Origin: an uncultured Acidobacteriota bacterium
GTDB taxonomy: Bacteria > Acidobacteriota > Thermoanaerobaculia > Gp7-AA8
Direction of reading: 5' to 3'
Length of the DNA: 64,000 nucleotides
Assembly: GCA_963741955.1 (NCBI GenBank)
Contig: CAVUKB010000005.1
Location: forward strand, 416,001 to 480,000
Under the pieces are notes generated by a model that saw only the letters and a list, made by a program, of their open reading frames with translations, had not been told where the DNA came from and searched no databases. Made by a program: the position numbers and the translations under genes. Numbering within the stretch: position 1 is the first letter of the stretch; each line of letters begins with the position of its first letter. Of the stretch, positions 54,387-64,000 are shown piece by piece.

Positions 54387-57300
54387 TCACCTCCCGGAGG
54401 ATCCGTCGAGCTCCGGAGCCGATCCATCGCCGCCGGTGATCGCAATCACTCGCCCACTCCCCTTCTCCAGGAGCAGCAGCCGCGAACGTCCGGCCGGAAC
54501 TCCGATGTCGCGTTGCCGCCCTTCGACCGAAACGCGGCGCACCGCGTCCTCCGCAGTCTCGTTCACCAGCACCACGAGGAAAGCGCGCGACGAGCGGAGG
54601 ACGCGCAGTGCGACACCGCCATCATCCGGCTGCGTCTCGACACCGGCGGCCTGGAGTGATGCCCCGAGGAGCGCGACCAGCGGCTCGTCCTCTCGCGCGT
54701 GCTCCAGCGGCAGCGGCTCGTGCCAAACTGCGCCGTCCAATCTCTCGAGCGGCGGCGCACTGCTCCGGCGGAGACTCTCCCGGAGATTGTGGCCGAACGT
54801 TGCGAGCGTCCCACGTCCCCATCGCGTCCTCTCGTGAAATGCGACCGGCCGCCCCTGGTCCGCGACGCCGAGCGCTTCGAGTGGAGGAGAGATCCCGCCG
54901 TACGGATCGCTGACCACCGCGCCGGTCACCAGAATCTTCGTCCCCTTCCCGGCCGCCGCGACGAGAGCCTTCGCTGCTGATTCAGGGAGCACCTCCGGAG
55001 AAGGGACGATCACCAGCTTCGCATCCAGCAGACGATCCGCAGTCACGATCTGATCCGAGATCGCAGACGGGACGACGCCGAAGCGTTCAGCGAGAACGCG
55101 GATCATCCGGCGGGCTCCCTCCGTCGCGGCGGGCCGATTCAGGAAGAGGCGTGTCTGCGGGATCACGATCACCACCTCGTCCGGTTCGAAGTCGTCGAGC
55201 CACGACGCCGCGGCGGCGAAGAACCTCGCCAGCTCCGGGACGACCCGGAGCTCCGGCTTCGCCGTTCCGTCCGGCCGGAAAAAGCCGATCACCGATTCGT
55301 TGTCGATCGGCATGTAGGGGTTGATGTTCCACGCCCACTCGACGGCACCCGCTCCACGCGCCGCGAACGCGTACGCGAACTTGCGCTCCAGAGCGCGCGC
55401 CGCGAACTCCGGAGAGCGCCACGGATTGCCGTCGGCATCCTCGAGACGCATCAGCCCCGTCTCCTGGAAGAGCATCGGCTTTTCCGGGACTTTCGCGAAG
55501 AGCCCTGTCGAGAGGACGTCGTCGTTCTGCCACCACGGGTGAACTGCCGTGTAGTCGACCGCGCCCGCGTGAAGCTGCTGCGACGGACGGAGCCAGGTTC
55601 CTCCCTCGTCCTGACCGAGCGTGACGAGAACCTCGCCACCGGCCGCACGAAGGACTTCGCGCGACCCGCGAGCCCATTCGGCCACCACGTCATTGGAGAA
55701 GCGGACGAAGTCCATCACCTTCCGCGGGCGTCGCCTCTCGCGGATCATCGCGTAGTCGAGCTCTTCGCGCCGCGGCAGATCGAAGAGATCCTCACCCGTA
55801 TCCTTCCAGAGCGTCCGCAGGCGCACTCCGTCGTCGCCGTGCTGCGTGACGATCCACTCGCGCCACGCCTTCCTCTCCCACTCATCTCTGATCGGCCGGT
55901 TGCTCCAGAGTCCTTCCGGCGGGGCGTACGACGGTTCGTTGATCAGGTCGTAGTGAATCCAGCCCACCCCGCGATACCGTTGCCCGACCGCGGTAAGGAA
56001 TCTCCGCTGTCCCTCCAGCGATCGCGGATCGAAATACGGATTCGATCCCCCGTATGCGGGCGGGAGAAACGCGAAGAACGTGAAGTTCACCACGATGCCG
56101 TGCCTGGCCGCCGTCTGGACGTACGCGTCGAGCGCACGAAGGATTGCTTCGTCGACCACCCCTGAATCGGACATCACCCGCGACCATCCGGTCCAGAGTC
56201 CGGTCCGGACGAAGTTGATCCCGAGCTTCTGCATTTGTGCGAAGTCGCGATCCCAGACGTTCGGATTCGGCTCGAACAGGAACTTCCGGTGGACGTCGGA
56301 GGCCATGTACGTCGTCCCGATCACCGGGAAGACCTTCCCGTCACGACGGAGCCAATCCTTCGAGACCGTCAGACGTGGCCCCGTTCGCAGCAACGCGTCG
56401 TCGCGGACCCAGAAGCCGGTCGTTGTCGCGGAAGGATTCCAATTCGCATCCGGGATCGAGACGTCGACGTGATGGAGGCCCGGCTTCAGACGCGTGGTCG
56501 CGAACGTCGCCGTCGCCCGCAGGGCATGGCGATCTCCCTCCAGCTCGAGCGTCTGACGTGCGAGCACCCGACCCGTATCGTTCCGGAGACGCAGCTCCGC
56601 TCGGCGGACGGCGCGCTCGTCGCGGCGCGGCGCCGCGCGCATCACGGCCACCTCGATCCTCGCCGCTTCTCCCGCCATCACGCTCGCATACACCGGTTGT
56701 GCGCGAACTTCGCTCGCCCCTTCCATCGCGCGTTCGACGACCGCGCGGATCAGAGACGGCGTGAGCGGCGCATCGGTCGGTGCGAAGATCCACCGCGCAC
56801 CGGCGCGATCCCCCAGCAGATGATCGATCTCGAACAGCGGACATGCGCGCGGGACTCCGTCCGCGTCGACCAGTTGCACGAGAGGCCTCAGCAGCGCATC
56901 CCGGTATCCTTCCGATCCGTGCTCCTGCGGTTGATCGGGACGGGTCGCGAGACGCACCGTCGGCTCCCACACGGTCGTGCCACCCGTCAGCGGAAGTGTC
57001 CAGTCGGGCTGAGGAAGAGCGGTCTGCACTCCTTCGCTGATGGCCACCGCCTCCGCCGGTCCGATCAGGAGCTCGTGCGCGTACGTCGGCTGCCGGTCGA
57101 GCACCTTCCATCTGCCGTCTTCGAACCGCACCGGCTGATGGAACGGGGCCCCGCCGAGGACCACGAGACTGCCGCCGCGATCGAGGAACGACCGGATCGA
57201 GCCCCACGCGTCGAGTGGAAATGCACTCCCATGCGGAAGAACGAGGACTCCGCGATCGGAGCCGCTCAGCATCTCCGTGAGATCCTCGATCGACGCCGCA

Positions 57301-57563
57301 ACGACGTGCGGCACTTCGCTCAACGCGGCTCTTACGGCGGCGCGATCGATCACCAGAGCATCGATGGTCGGAAATTCAGGCGGTGCGAACACAACGACGC
57401 GTGAACGTGAAGAGCGAGACTCGCCAGCCGGTCGCTGCACACCGGCACCCGAGGAATCCGCGACATACAACGAAAGGACGACCAGCGCAGTGACGAACCC
57501 GATGCGCGGGCGCAGACGTCCGGACGTTCCCGGTCGACGCACACATCCCGCGGCTGACGCCAT
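54387..57563 (-). CDS. Large secreted clan GH-A glycoside hydrolase (GH5/GH42 beta-galactosidase-like)
   Basis: RDFAQMQKLGINFVR, DLINEP (acid/base) and FQETG (candidate nucleophile). GGAGGT RBS before ATG 57563. Confidence 0.75.
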   Translation of the reverse strand: MASAAGCVRRPGTSGRLRPRIGFVTALVVLSLYVADSSGAGVQRPAGESRSSRSRVVVFAPPEFPTIDALVIDRAAVRAALSEVPHVVAASIEDLTEMLSGSDRGVLVLPHGSAFPLDAWGSIRSFLDRGGSLVVLGGAPFHQPVRFEDGRWKVLDRQPTYAHELLIGPAEAVAISEGVQTALPQPDWTLPLTGGTTVWEPTVRLATRPDQPQEHGSEGYRDALLRPLVQLVDADGVPRACPLFEIDHLLGDRAGARWIFAPTDAPLTPSLIRAVVERAMEGASEVRAQPVYASVMAGEAARIEVAVMRAAPRRDERAVRRAELRLRNDTGRVLARQTLELEGDRHALRATATFATTRLKPGLHHVDVSIPDANWNPSATTTGFWVRDDALLRTGPRLTVSKDWLRRDGKVFPVIGTTYMASDVHRKFLFEPNPNVWDRDFAQMQKLGINFVRTGLWTGWSRVMSDSGVVDEAILRALDAYVQTAARHGIVVNFTFFAFLPPAYGGSNPYFDPRSLEGQRRFLTAVGQRYRGVGWIHYDLINEPSYAPPEGLWSNRPIRDEWERKAWREWIVTQHGDDGVRLRTLWKDTGEDLFDLPRREELDYAMIRERRRPRKVMDFVRFSNDVVAEWARGSREVLRAAGGEVLVTLGQDEGGTWLRPSQQLHAGAVDYTAVHPWWQNDDVLSTGLFAKVPEKPMLFQETGLMRLEDADGNPWRSPEFAARALERKFAYAFAARGAGAVEWAWNINPYMPIDNESVIGFFRPDGTAKPELRVVPELARFFAAAASWLDDFEPDEVVIVIPQTRLFLNRPAATEGARRMIRVLAERFGVVPSAISDQIVTADRLLDAKLVIVPSPEVLPESAAKALVAAAGKGTKILVTGAVVSDPYGGISPPLEALGVADQGRPVAFHERTRWGRGTLATFGHNLRESLRRSSAPPLERLDGAVWHEPLPLEHAREDEPLVALLGASLQAAGVETQPDDGGVALRVLRSSRAFLVVLVNETAEDAVRRVSVEGRQRDIGVPAGRSRLLLLEKGSGRVIAITGGDGSAPELDGSSGR

Positions 57564-57712
57564 GAAGTCACCTCCCGTCCAGCCCGCCATGACAGTGAGG
57601 ACGAGTGCGACCGAACCATCTTCGTCGCTCGCTGATCACCGGCGGATCCATTCGACCGGCCTCATGACGGGAGCGCCGCGCGCTCACTGCTAAGGAGACT
57701 CCCGTCCTCCCC

Positions 57713-59197
57713 TCACCCCTTCAGTCCCCGCTTCATCGCCTTGTTCACCGTCTCCAGCACCTTCACCCGCGCGTAGTGCTTGTCGTTCGCGGGGACGATC
57801 GTCCACGGCGCGGCGGCGGTGCTGGTCCGTTCGATCATCTCGTTCACTGCGACCTCGTACGCGTCCCACTTCTCCCGGTTCCGCCAGTCTTCCTCCGTGA
57901 TCTTGTGCTGCTTCCACGGGACGACTTCGCGCTCCTGGAACCGCCGCAGCTGTTCTTCCTTCGTGATGTTCATCCAGAATTTCGCCAGGATGATGCCGCT
58001 CTCGACCAGCTGCTGCTCGAAGTCGTTGATCTCGCGATATGCGCGCGACCACTCTTCCGGCTTCGCAAAGCCTTCGACACGCTCGACGAGCACCCGTCCG
58101 TACCACGAGCGGTCGTAGATCGTGACGTGCCCCGCGCGCGGAAGGTGGCGCCAGAAGCGCCAGAGGTAATGCCGTGCGCGTTCTTCGTCCGTCGGCGCGG
58201 CGACCGAGATCACCTGATAGAGCCGCGCGTCGATCGCGGCGATCGCCCGCCGGATCGCTCCCCCTTTTCCTCCTGCATCCCATCCTTCGAAGAGGAGTAC
58301 CGTCGAGCGCTTCCCGTTCCACGCTTTCCACGCGTGTCGCGAGAGCTTCGCCTGCTGTTCTTCGATCGTTCCGTCGTACTCCTCCGGAGAGATCGAGGCG
58401 GTCATGTCGACGGAATCGAGAATCGTCGACAGCGGAGCCGCGTACGCCACGGCCGGCTCGGCGGGTGCGGCAGGAGGTGCCACCGCTCGAGGGGCACAGA
58501 GCTCCTCGAGCTTCTGGAGTACCGTCTGCGCGACCGTCAGGTCACGATAACGCGCGTTCGACGCTTCGATCACGTGCCACGGCGCGTCTGCAGTGTCGGT
58601 CATCCGGATCGCTCTTTCGGAGACCTCGAGAAACTTCTCGTACGAACGCGAGAACTTCTTCACCTCGGGATTCAGGCCCCACTTCTTCCCGTCCTTCTTC
58701 TCCCGCGCCTCGAGCCGTTTCTTCTGTTCCTTCTTCGTGATGTGGAACCAGAACTTCAGGATCAGCGTGCCGTCCTCGGACAGCTCGTGCTCGAAGAACG
58801 CGATCCGGTACATCTCTTCGTCGAACGTGTCCTGAGGCATGTCGCCCATCACCCGGTCGATGATCGGCGCGGTGTACCACGATCCGAACATGATCCCGAT
58901 GCTGCCCCGCGGAGGAAGCCGCCGCCAGAAGCGCCAGTAGCGAGGACGCTCGCGCTCTTCTTCCGAATCCTGCCAGAACGCCGTGGTCTGGATGCCGCGA
59001 GCGTCGAGCCATTCGTGAAGGCGGTTGACGACTTCGCTCTTCCCCGCCCCCTCCACACCGGAGACGACGATGATCACGCTTCGTCCGGTCTCGCGGAGCC
59101 GCCGCTGGGCATCCAGAAGCCGCGGCCGTATCTCCGTGAGCTGCTGCTCGAAATCGTCCCGGGCCACTTTCTGGCCGAGCTCTGCGGATTCGAACAT
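57713..59197 (-). CDS. pap: Polyphosphate:AMP phosphotransferase (two-domain PPK2)
   Basis: Two PPK2 domains (GVEGAGKS; FEGWDAGGKGG, YDRSWYGRVLVERVEG, ITEEDWRNR). AAGGAGG RBS. Confidence 0.92.
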   Translation of the reverse strand: MFESAELGQKVARDDFEQQLTEIRPRLLDAQRRLRETGRSVIIVVSGVEGAGKSEVVNRLHEWLDARGIQTTAFWQDSEEERERPRYWRFWRRLPPRGSIGIMFGSWYTAPIIDRVMGDMPQDTFDEEMYRIAFFEHELSEDGTLILKFWFHITKKEQKKRLEAREKKDGKKWGLNPEVKKFSRSYEKFLEVSERAIRMTDTADAPWHVIEASNARYRDLTVAQTVLQKLEELCAPRAVAPPAAPAEPAVAYAAPLSTILDSVDMTASISPEEYDGTIEEQQAKLSRHAWKAWNGKRSTVLLFEGWDAGGKGGAIRRAIAAIDARLYQVISVAAPTDEERARHYLWRFWRHLPRAGHVTIYDRSWYGRVLVERVEGFAKPEEWSRAYREINDFEQQLVESGIILAKFWMNITKEEQLRRFQEREVVPWKQHKITEEDWRNREKWDAYEVAVNEMIERTSTAAAPWTIVPANDKHYARVKVLETVNKAMKRGLKG

Positions 59198-59316
59198 GAC
59201 GAACCTCCTTTCGAGGCGGGAGATCCCCAGCATACGCCGGTTCCGCCCGGCGGGGTCAAGGGGACAGATCGCAGGGTCGTACAATGGAAATAGGCGTTCA
59301 CCAAAGGAGGGAAGCC

Positions 59317-60312
59317 GTGCAGAAGACCGTGGTTCTCACCCGCCGCGACGTCGAGGATCTCCTCCCGATGCGGGAGTGCATCGAGGTGATGGAGCGTGCG
59401 CTGCGCGAGCTGGCCACCGGTCGCGCTTTTCAGCCCCTCCGGACGGTCTCCCGAACCAGCGACGCCGTGGGGCTCCTCGGGCTCATGCCGGCATGGCGCG
59501 GCGGCGAAGAACCGCTCTGGAGCCTGAAGGAGATCTGCGTCTTCCCCGACAACCCATCCCGCGGTCTCGACACGCACCTCGGCGCGGTGCTCCTCCACAG
59601 CGGGCGGACCGGTGAGCTGCTCGCGATCGTGAATGCGGCGGCCATCACCGCCATCCGGACCGCAGCGGTGACCGCGGTGGCGACACGGATCCTGGCCCGA
59701 ACCGGCGCACGAACGCTCGCGATCATCGGAACCGGAGCGCAGGCCCGCTCGCATGTCGCGGCGCTCGCCTGCGAGCGCGACCTCGCGCGGGTCGTGATCG
59801 CCGGCCGGACGCGGGAGAGAGCGACCGCTCTCGCGACCGAACTGCAGCCGAAGTACGAATTTCCGATCGAACCGGCGGCCTCGATCGAAGATGCCGTTCG
59901 CGCGGCCGAGATCGTGGTCACGGTGACCAGCTCCGCCGAGCCGGTTCTGCGGCGGGAGTGGATTCGCGACGGCGCGCACGTCAACCTGGTCGGATCGAGC
60001 GTGAAGCACGCTCGCGAAGCGGATGGGCCGACCATCGCTGCGGCACGCCTCTACGTCGACCGGCGCGAGTCGTGCGTGAACGAGTCGGGCGACTACCTGA
60101 TGGCGCTCCGCGAAGGGGCGATCACGCCCGACCATATCGTCGCCGAGATCGGCGAAGTGCTCCGCGACCCGGCGAAGGGGCGCCGCGACGACCGCGAGAT
60201 CACGATCTTCAAATCGCTCGGGCTCGGGATCGAAGACCTCGCCGCGGCCGCACACGCGTACGCAAAAGCATCCGCTCGCGGAGTCGGCTCGCGCATCGAA
60301 TTCGATCGATAG
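59317..60312 (+). CDS. Ornithine cyclodeaminase / mu-crystallin family protein
   Basis: ITAIRTAA, IIGTGAQA, ESGD and FKSLGLGIEDL. AAGGAGG RBS before GTG. Confidence 0.92.
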   Translation: MQKTVVLTRRDVEDLLPMRECIEVMERALRELATGRAFQPLRTVSRTSDAVGLLGLMPAWRGGEEPLWSLKEICVFPDNPSRGLDTHLGAVLLHSGRTGELLAIVNAAAITAIRTAAVTAVATRILARTGARTLAIIGTGAQARSHVAALACERDLARVVIAGRTRERATALATELQPKYEFPIEPAASIEDAVRAAEIVVTVTSSAEPVLRREWIRDGAHVNLVGSSVKHAREADGPTIAAARLYVDRRESCVNESGDYLMALREGAITPDHIVAEIGEVLRDPAKGRRDDREITIFKSLGLGIEDLAAAAHAYAKASARGVGSRIEFDR

Positions 60313-60403
60313 CGCCAGGCCACTCGACGGAATCCCTGAGGAGAGCAGGCTCATAGGCCGCTCTTTCGTCCCCACCGGCCACCACTCACTCCCACCCGCG
60401 CTG

Positions 60404-60476
60404 CCCCTCCCTCTCCCCGTCCGGGGTCACGTCTTCAGCCGAGGTTCGACTTCGGGGAGAGGGTCAGGGTGAGGGG
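60404..60476. repeat. Inverted repeat of CCCTCTCCCC / GGGGAGAGGG REP-like type
   Basis: CCCTCTCCCCG ... CGGGGAGAGGGTCAGGGTGAGGGG. Confidence 0.6.
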
Positions 60477-60532
60477 CAACCCCGAAAATCGGATCGACGC
60501 CACTTGCCGTTTTGAATTGATCTTTCGATAGA

Positions 60533-60561
60533 TTGGGAACACCTCCCGGAGCTGCTATGCT
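60533..60561 (+). promoter_or_regulatory. Putative sigma70-type promoter for adhesin gene
   Basis: TTGGGA-N17-TATGCT with extended -10 TG and an AT-rich upstream segment. Confidence 0.4.
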
Positions 60562-60725
60562 CCCTTCGCCAGTTGTGCTCCGTCCCTCCCTACCGAAATC
60601 TCCGACCCTCGGCCGATTCCCACTCTCGCGTACAGTGCCCCAGCTCCGCAGGGATCAGACCGAAGATGCAGGACTTCGAGGGCGGGTCAGCGGAGCATGG
60701 CGGCGATTGCCTTTGGGGGTTAGCC

Positions 60726-63700
60726 GTGCACGAGAGTTCCGCCCGTCTGAGATCGATTCTCCTTCTTCTCGCCACCATCTCGTTCCTCTTCCCGCTGACG
60801 GCCGCCGCCGTCATCACGGTCACACCGATCGGGTCGAACCGCGCGACCGGCGTCAGTTTTTCGATTACCGTCCCGGCATCGATACCCGCGGGAAAGACGA
60901 TCGTGGTCGCGATCTCGAAGGTCGCGTACAACACCGTGCCGCTCGTGAGCGACAGTGCGGGGAACACGTACTCGCTCAGGCTCACCCAGGGCGGCGCGTA
61001 CGGCGACACGCATTGGGTCTTCGTCGCCTCGAATGCGAATGCTCTCTCCGCGGGCCAGTCGATCACTGTCGACCCGCAGACGAACCATGAAACGAGCGCC
61101 TGCGCGATCGCGCTGGGCGGCGTACTTAATCCTCAGGATGTCTCGGCATCGTCGTCCGCGCACACCGCGACCCCCTCATCCGGAACGGCGACCACCACGC
61201 AGGCGAGAGAGGTTCTCGTCGGCAGCATCTACTGGTGGGATCTGAGCCGGCCGGCAGCCACCGCCGGAGCCGGCTACACCATCCAGACCTCGACGCCCCG
61301 GACCGCGAACAGCAACCTCCTCCTCGAGACGCGGCTAGTCGGCTCCATCGGAAGCTATGCGGCCGATGCCACGCTCGCCACGGCGAGCGACACCATCGCG
61401 TCCATGCTCGCCTTCAAGGAAGCGCCTCAGGATGCCGACGGGACGCTCATCCCGTCGGGTGTCGTCATCGAGCCGGTTGCCCTCGACACGACGAACGACA
61501 CCGTCGGCGAAGCGGTGTCCCTCTTCGATTTCACGCTCTTCGACCAGGGGACCTCGGACGGCCTTCCGATGAACGTCTCCCAGATCGTCCTCCACGTCTC
61601 CGGAACTTCCTCCAATACGGAGCGGGGCGACATCACCTGGCGACTGAACGGACCCGACACGTCGAACGTCACCGGAACCTACAACGCCGCATCCCAGACC
61701 ATCTCGTTCTCCGGTCTCTCCATCTCCGTGGCGAACGGAGCGAGTGAGACGTACACGGTCAACGGCTACTTCAACACGAACACGGGCATCACCGACGGAC
61801 ACACCGTCATCCTGAGCGTCGACGGAGACACCGACGTCACCGTCGACGGAACGAAGACGCTGATGGGAACGACCTCCGCGGTGACCAACTCCACCGGAAC
61901 TCCGCTCAGCGTCATCGCCTCGACTCTCTCGTTCACCACCCAGCCGGCGGGCTCCGTTTCCGGATCGGCTCTCACCACCCAGCCCGTCGTCGCAGCCAGC
62001 GACGCGTTCGGGAACGTCGATCTCGGCTTTTCGAACAACATCAGCCTCACCGAGGCCAGCGCCGGGTCGCTCAGCGGAACCACCACGCTCGCCGCGACCT
62101 CCGGCGTCGCGACATTCACCAACGTCGCGTACACCGCCACCGCCGACCTGGAGAGCTTCACTCTGACCGCGGCGGCGAGCGGGTTGACGAGTGCCACCTC
62201 CAACAGCGTCACGTCCGACGTCGTCGCGACGAAGCTGATATTCACCACCCAGCCGGCGCCGACCTCGATCCAGTCGGGAATCTCGACCGCGTTCTCCACG
62301 GTCCCGGTGGTGCGCGCAGTCGACGCGAACAACACCGTCGACACCGGCTACTCGACCGACATCGTCCTCTCGGTCACCGATCCGAACGACGGAGTCGTCG
62401 ACGGAACGGTCAACAGCATGACGGGAACCGGCGACGCCGACGGCAGCGGGTCCACCGTCACCCTCACTCCGAGCTCGGGGAGCGCGACCTTCTCCAATCT
62501 CACCCTCCAGTACACGAATGGCGGCGCAACCGACTCGATCGCCCTCCGCGCGACCTCCGGCGGTCTCACCGCCGCGAACAGCAGCACCATCACTTCGAGC
62601 TCGCTGCCGATCGTCACCGACCCGAACATCAGCATCAGCGGCGGGAGCGGCATCGGCGGCGCCTACATCATCGGCGACACCGTCACCGCCACATGGAACA
62701 ACACCGCCGGCGGCGACAACAACGGCGGCATCACCGGCGTGACCGTCGACTTCTCCCAGTTCGGCGGAGGGGCCGCCGTTTCGGCGAGCAACAGCGCAGG
62801 CACGTGGACCGCCACATACACCATCACCGCGGGCGCGATCGACGCGACCAACCGCAACGTCAGCGTGAGCGCCACGAATGCATCCGGTACCACCACCACG
62901 CCCGACAGCACGAACGCGACCGTCGACAACATCGCTCCCACCGTCACCGACGGGAACATCAGCATCAGCGGTGCCTCCGGCACCGGCGGCACGTTCATCA
63001 TCGGCGACACCGTCACCGCCACCTGGAACAACACCGCAGGCGGCGACAACAACTCCGACACCATCACCTCCGTCACCGTCGACTTCTCCCAGTTCGGCGG
63101 AGGCTCCGGCGTCGCCGCCTCGAACAGCTCCGGCACCTGGACCGCGACCTACACCGTCGTCTCCGGCGCGATCGACGCGACGAATCGCAACGTCGCCGTC
63201 TCCGCGACCGACAACGCCGGCAACTCCAGAACCACGGCCGACAGCACGAACGCCAGCGTCGACAACGTTGCACCGACCGTCACCGACGCGAACATCAGCA
63301 TCAGCGGCGCCTCCGGCACCGGCGGCGCGTTCAAGATCGGCGACACCGTCACCGCCACCTGGGACGACACCGCGGGCGGCGACAACAACAGCGACACCAT
63401 CGTCGGCGTGACCATCGACTTCTCTCAGTTCGGGGGAGGCGCCGCCGTCGCCGCCTCGAACAGCTCCGGCACCTGGACCGCCACCTACACCATTACCGCC
63501 GGCGCCATCGACGCGACGAACCGCAACGTCAGCGTCACTGCCACCGACAACGCCGGCAACACCACCACAACCGCAGACACCACGAACGCCACGGTCGACA
63601 ACGGCGCACCCGGCGTCACCGACGCGAACATCAGCATCAGCGGCGCCTCCGGCACCGGCGGCACGTTCATCATCGGCGACACCGTCACCGCAACCTGGGA

Positions 63701-64000
63701 CGACACCGCCGGCGGCGACAACAACAGCGACACGATCGCCGGCGTCACCGTCGACTTCTCCCAGTTCGGCGGAGGCTCCGCCATCGCCGCTTCGAACAGC
63801 GCCGGCACCTGGACCGCCACGTACTCCCTCGTCTCCGGTGCGATCGACGCGGCGAACCGCAACGTCAGCGTCACCGCCACCGACAACGCCGGCAACACCA
63901 CCACCGCCTCGGACACGTCGAACGCGAGCGTCGACAACGTCGCGCCGACCGTCACCTCCGGCAACATCACCGTCACCGGCGGCTCTGGCCCGGGCGGCGA
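60726..64000 (+). CDS. Large secreted Thr/Ser/Gly-rich surface protein/adhesin with tandem 110-112 aa beta-rich repeats (truncated at window end)
   Basis: Open frame from GTG 60726 (or ATG 60666) to the window end, with a signal peptide (RSILLLLATISFLFPLTAAA). Repeats start at 62613, 62943, 63279, 63615 and 63951. Confidence 0.88.
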   Translation, partial: MHESSARLRSILLLLATISFLFPLTAAAVITVTPIGSNRATGVSFSITVPASIPAGKTIVVAISKVAYNTVPLVSDSAGNTYSLRLTQGGAYGDTHWVFVASNANALSAGQSITVDPQTNHETSACAIALGGVLNPQDVSASSSAHTATPSSGTATTTQAREVLVGSIYWWDLSRPAATAGAGYTIQTSTPRTANSNLLLETRLVGSIGSYAADATLATASDTIASMLAFKEAPQDADGTLIPSGVVIEPVALDTTNDTVGEAVSLFDFTLFDQGTSDGLPMNVSQIVLHVSGTSSNTERGDITWRLNGPDTSNVTGTYNAASQTISFSGLSISVANGASETYTVNGYFNTNTGITDGHTVILSVDGDTDVTVDGTKTLMGTTSAVTNSTGTPLSVIASTLSFTTQPAGSVSGSALTTQPVVAASDAFGNVDLGFSNNISLTEASAGSLSGTTTLAATSGVATFTNVAYTATADLESFTLTAAASGLTSATSNSVTSDVVATKLIFTTQPAPTSIQSGISTAFSTVPVVRAVDANNTVDTGYSTDIVLSVTDPNDGVVDGTVNSMTGTGDADGSGSTVTLTPSSGSATFSNLTLQYTNGGATDSIALRATSGGLTAANSSTITSSSLPIVTDPNISISGGSGIGGAYIIGDTVTATWNNTAGGDNNGGITGVTVDFSQFGGGAAVSASNSAGTWTATYTITAGAIDATNRNVSVSATNASGTTTTPDSTNATVDNIAPTVTDGNISISGASGTGGTFIIGDTVTATWNNTAGGDNNSDTITSVTVDFSQFGGGSGVAASNSSGTWTATYTVVSGAIDATNRNVAVSATDNAGNSRTTADSTNASVDNVAPTVTDANISISGASGTGGAFKIGDTVTATWDDTAGGDNNSDTIVGVTIDFSQFGGGAAVAASNSSGTWTATYTITAGAIDATNRNVSVTATDNAGNTTTTADTTNATVDNGAPGVTDANISISGASGTGGTFIIGDTVTATWDDTAGGDNNSDTIAGVTVDFSQFGGGSAIAASNSAGTWTATYSLVSGAIDAANRNVSVTATDNAGNTTTASDTSNASVDNVAPTVTSGNITVTGGSGPGG

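Noticed and set aside
57776-59293. 505-aa plus-strand ORF
   Set aside because: Antisense shadow of pap.
1-64000. tRNA, rRNA, prophage, defence or reverse-transcriptase systems
   Set aside because: No supporting motifs recognised by eye. Small structured RNAs cannot be excluded without covariance searches.

Overview
GC-rich bacterial chromosomal window. An Acidobacteriota/Thermoanaerobaculia-like origin is inferred from protein domain style, not proven. It holds about 40 ordinary CDSs: 5'-3' exonuclease, ZIP and DMT transporters, HD-GYP and PAS-GGDEF-EAL proteins, secreted proteases, split class I fumarase, an Mrp/Mbh-type E-F-G-DUF4040-B-C-D operon, sulfatase, clan GH-A glycosidase, PPK2/Pap, ornithine cyclodeaminase and a truncated repeat adhesin. 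Two things stand out. (1) A tightly packed 8-gene, 15.7-kb cluster (31630-47310) reads as a complete trans-envelope electron wire with built-in signalling inputs. It encodes a DUF4388-FHA protein, an FAD/NAD(P)H oxidoreductase fused to two cNMP-binding domains and four [4Fe-4S] motifs, a four-His cytochrome-b-like membrane protein, an FHA-decaheme-FHA protein, a double GlcG/HbpS heme-binding protein, a beta-barrel, a decaheme-LVIVD protein and a pentaheme cytochrome. (2) The intergenic DNA is rich in repeats. About 190-bp REP/REPIN-like arrays are hit by two different IS elements: one duplicated a whole 21-bp hairpin and has an AbrB-like ORF joined to its transposase by an A9 tract, and the other is an IS1182 at CTAG. 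There are also two MITEs (one sharing the IS1182 ends) and separate 268-bp and 73-bp repeat arrays. No rRNA, tRNA or cas genes were recognised.
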